The position numbers and the translations under genes are program-made. 64,000 nt of DNA, taken from IMG/VR virus record IMGVR_UViG_3300037067_008462. One strand, written 5' to 3'. The DNA comes from an uncultured virus (IMG/VR IMGVR_UViG_3300037067_008462) (Duplodnaviria > Heunggongvirae > Uroviricota > Caudoviricetes). Under the pieces are notes generated by a model. It searched no databases and was not told the DNA's origin. It saw only the letters and a list, made by a program, of their open reading frames with translations. Of this stretch, positions 63,196 through 64,000 are shown piece after piece (position 1 is the stretch's first letter; each line of letters starts with the position of its first letter).

Positions 63196-63197
63196 AT

Positions 63198-63851
63198 ATG
63201 ATCATAGGAAAATTAACAGAAGCACTCGACATCAATTTTAGGAACTTAGTTCTAGAATCGGTTTCGTTCAGCACTAATCTGGTTATTGACGATATCTCTT
63301 ACGGAACAATTCAAGGAATAGTTGTTCCTGATACTCAAGACGGCATTTTTCAGATTGGCGAAGAAAAAATGAGTTATAAGTATTATGAATCTTATAAATT
63401 TTACACTGTTACACGAGGATATCTTAATACACCAGTTAGAGAACATGCCATTGATGACTTGATTTATAAGATAGATAGAGTGCAAATAAAGAATTATGAC
63501 AGTTTAAGTATTTATGATTGGAGTATAGGAAAAGAGGGATTAATACTGGATTCATACAACAATCCAAATATAATTAGGGGAATGGACGTAATCTCTCAAA
63601 ATGTATACTTAACTCTGCAATCAATAGGTAATGAGATTTTAAATAATCTGACAGATATTGATTATAACGATCTTGACTACTTAGCTCAACTCTATCTCAA
63701 TGCTCTTCCAATAGATTCTTTTATTTATAATGTTGTTGTAAATAGTATAACACAAACGATCAACGGACTTGAAGTTAATATAAATGCGGAAACTAAAAAT
63801 AAACAATTTTCTAATTTACAGGTATTCATCCCCGTAAGGAGCCTGCTGTGA
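63198..63851 (+). CDS. Probable baseplate wedge protein (gp25-like C-terminus)
   Basis: IIRGMDVISQNV...V.V.SI...LEVNINAET. Confidence 0.5.
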   Translation: MIIGKLTEALDINFRNLVLESVSFSTNLVIDDISYGTIQGIVVPDTQDGIFQIGEEKMSYKYYESYKFYTVTRGYLNTPVREHAIDDLIYKIDRVQIKNYDSLSIYDWSIGKEGLILDSYNNPNIIRGMDVISQNVYLTLQSIGNEILNNLTDIDYNDLDYLAQLYLNALPIDSFIYNVVVNSITQTINGLEVNINAETKNKQFSNLQVFIPVRSLL

Positions 63852-64000
63852 CCTTTAGTGATTTTTTAAACTACTTTAGAGATGCCCTAAAAGCCTTCTC
63901 TAAACTTCCTTTGAATTTTTCCGTAGATAGTCCAATTCATGCGTTGGGTGAAACGGTAGCCTCTATTGCCAGTAAGAATGATGCCGCCATAACTAATATG
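63848..64000 (+). CDS. Baseplate J-like protein, 3'-truncated
   Basis: GTG start; MTFSDFLNYFRD...NFSVDSPIHALGETVA is typical of BplJ N-termini. Confidence 0.55.
   Translation, partial: MTFSDFLNYFRDALKAFSKLPLNFSVDSPIHALGETVASIASKNDAAITNM

Larger units (their letters stand above)
578..63480. repeat. Dispersed octamer CTCTATCT/AGATAGAG, about 72 exact copies
   Basis: Hand count of about 41 CTCTATCT and 31 AGATAGAG on the + strand, spread throughout the window. Confidence 0.9.

Noticed and set aside
1658..63485. Short antisense and nested ORFs in the track (e.g. 1658, 9674, 25797, 26245, 34934, 54543, 63252)
   Set aside because: They are shadows of longer + strand genes or RNA genes, with no RBS or recognisable motifs.
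1..64000. Stop-codon reassignment, CRISPR array or diversity-generating retroelement
   Set aside because: Genes are intact in code 11 using all three stops; no regularly spaced repeat-spacer units, reverse transcriptase or TR/VR pair were seen.

Overview
This is a 64 kb segment of a large, AT-rich (roughly one-third GC by eye) tailed dsDNA phage with a contractile tail, read in the standard genetic code and almost entirely on the + strand. The order is: probable internal head proteins, HK97-type prohead protease/scaffold and major capsid protein (0.4-8.6 kb). A ~23 kb accessory block follows, containing an HNH-Mom fusion, ~14 small paralogous 'MTxLNxxN' genes, a thioredoxin, a deaminase, a glycosyltransferase/nucleotide-sugar cluster interrupted by a solo TnpB, a frameshifted CHAP hydrolase, three promoter-driven small structured RNAs, four tRNAs and a catalytic-core-only SerRS. 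Next come head-tail joining genes, a ~3,700 aa virion protein split by an N gap, further appendage proteins, tail terminator, sheath, tube, a frameshifting tail chaperone, an atypical acidic protein in the tape-measure slot, and baseplate genes. The strongest unexplained signals are: (1) the non-palindromic octamer CTCTATCT/AGATAGAG, about 72 exact copies by hand count across the whole window, on both strands and in five codon phases; (2) a possible non-standard aminoacylation module (armless SerRS, ValRS-like small protein, anticodon-less mini-tRNA, class II-bodied GUU tRNA); (3) the conserved-N-terminus small-gene array. All protein calls come from recognising motifs by eye; no database searches were run.
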